A DNA stretch of 64,000 nucleotides from Phoronis australis. Taxonomy: Eukaryota > Animalia > Phoronida. The notes beneath the pieces were generated by a model. That model did not search any database. It was given only the letters and a program-made list of their open reading frames with translations, and had not been told where the DNA came from. The position numbers were made by a program, and so were the translations under genes. Positions 63,901 to 64,000 of the stretch are shown in pieces. How positions within the stretch are numbered: the first letter of the stretch is position 1; every line of letters starts with the position of its first letter. Location of the stretch: NCBI GenBank assembly GCA_002633005.1, contig NMRA01000642.1, positions 62,001 through 126,000 of the forward strand, written 5' to 3'.

Positions 63901-64000
63901 CTACAGCAGGTTGAACAATACAAAGGAATGGTTGACGTAATCCGGGCACCTAGATTGAAGCATGTGTGTTCTGTCCAATCTAGAGTAACCGTTAAGCAAA

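Overview
AT-rich, intron-containing, transposon-dense eukaryotic DNA, most consistent with an invertebrate animal draft assembly (N gaps present); no prokaryotic operons, rRNA or CRISPR. Host genes were assembled by hand from GT-AG sites with matching intron phases. (1) Two tandem plus-strand paralogs encode secreted four-EF-hand proteins (6157-19293, start codon not found; 38754-46612, complete, 180 aa). (2) The 3' part of a minus-strand multi-exon gene (63900 to about 54500) splices the C-terminus of an alpha/beta-hydrolase (GYGHLD) in frame to an LpxH/YbbF-like calcineurin-type metallophosphoesterase; a two-exon block is duplicated across a single N, possibly an assembly artefact. The rest is mostly layered mobile DNA: an L1/Tx1 3' end, a CR1-type LINE with a 12-bp TSD nested in a Helentron/HINE-like element, a full-length degenerate Mag-like Gypsy whose 3' LTR is split by a Kolobok, two further Kolobok derivatives, an ISL2EU-like relic, an AcademX relic, MITEs, tRNA-derived heads and a hammerhead-ribozyme-like motif. 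TACATGTA is strongly over-represented and appears twice as an in-frame 6-bp insertion, consistent with DNA-transposon excision footprints. Family assignments rest on recognised motifs only; no database searches were run.
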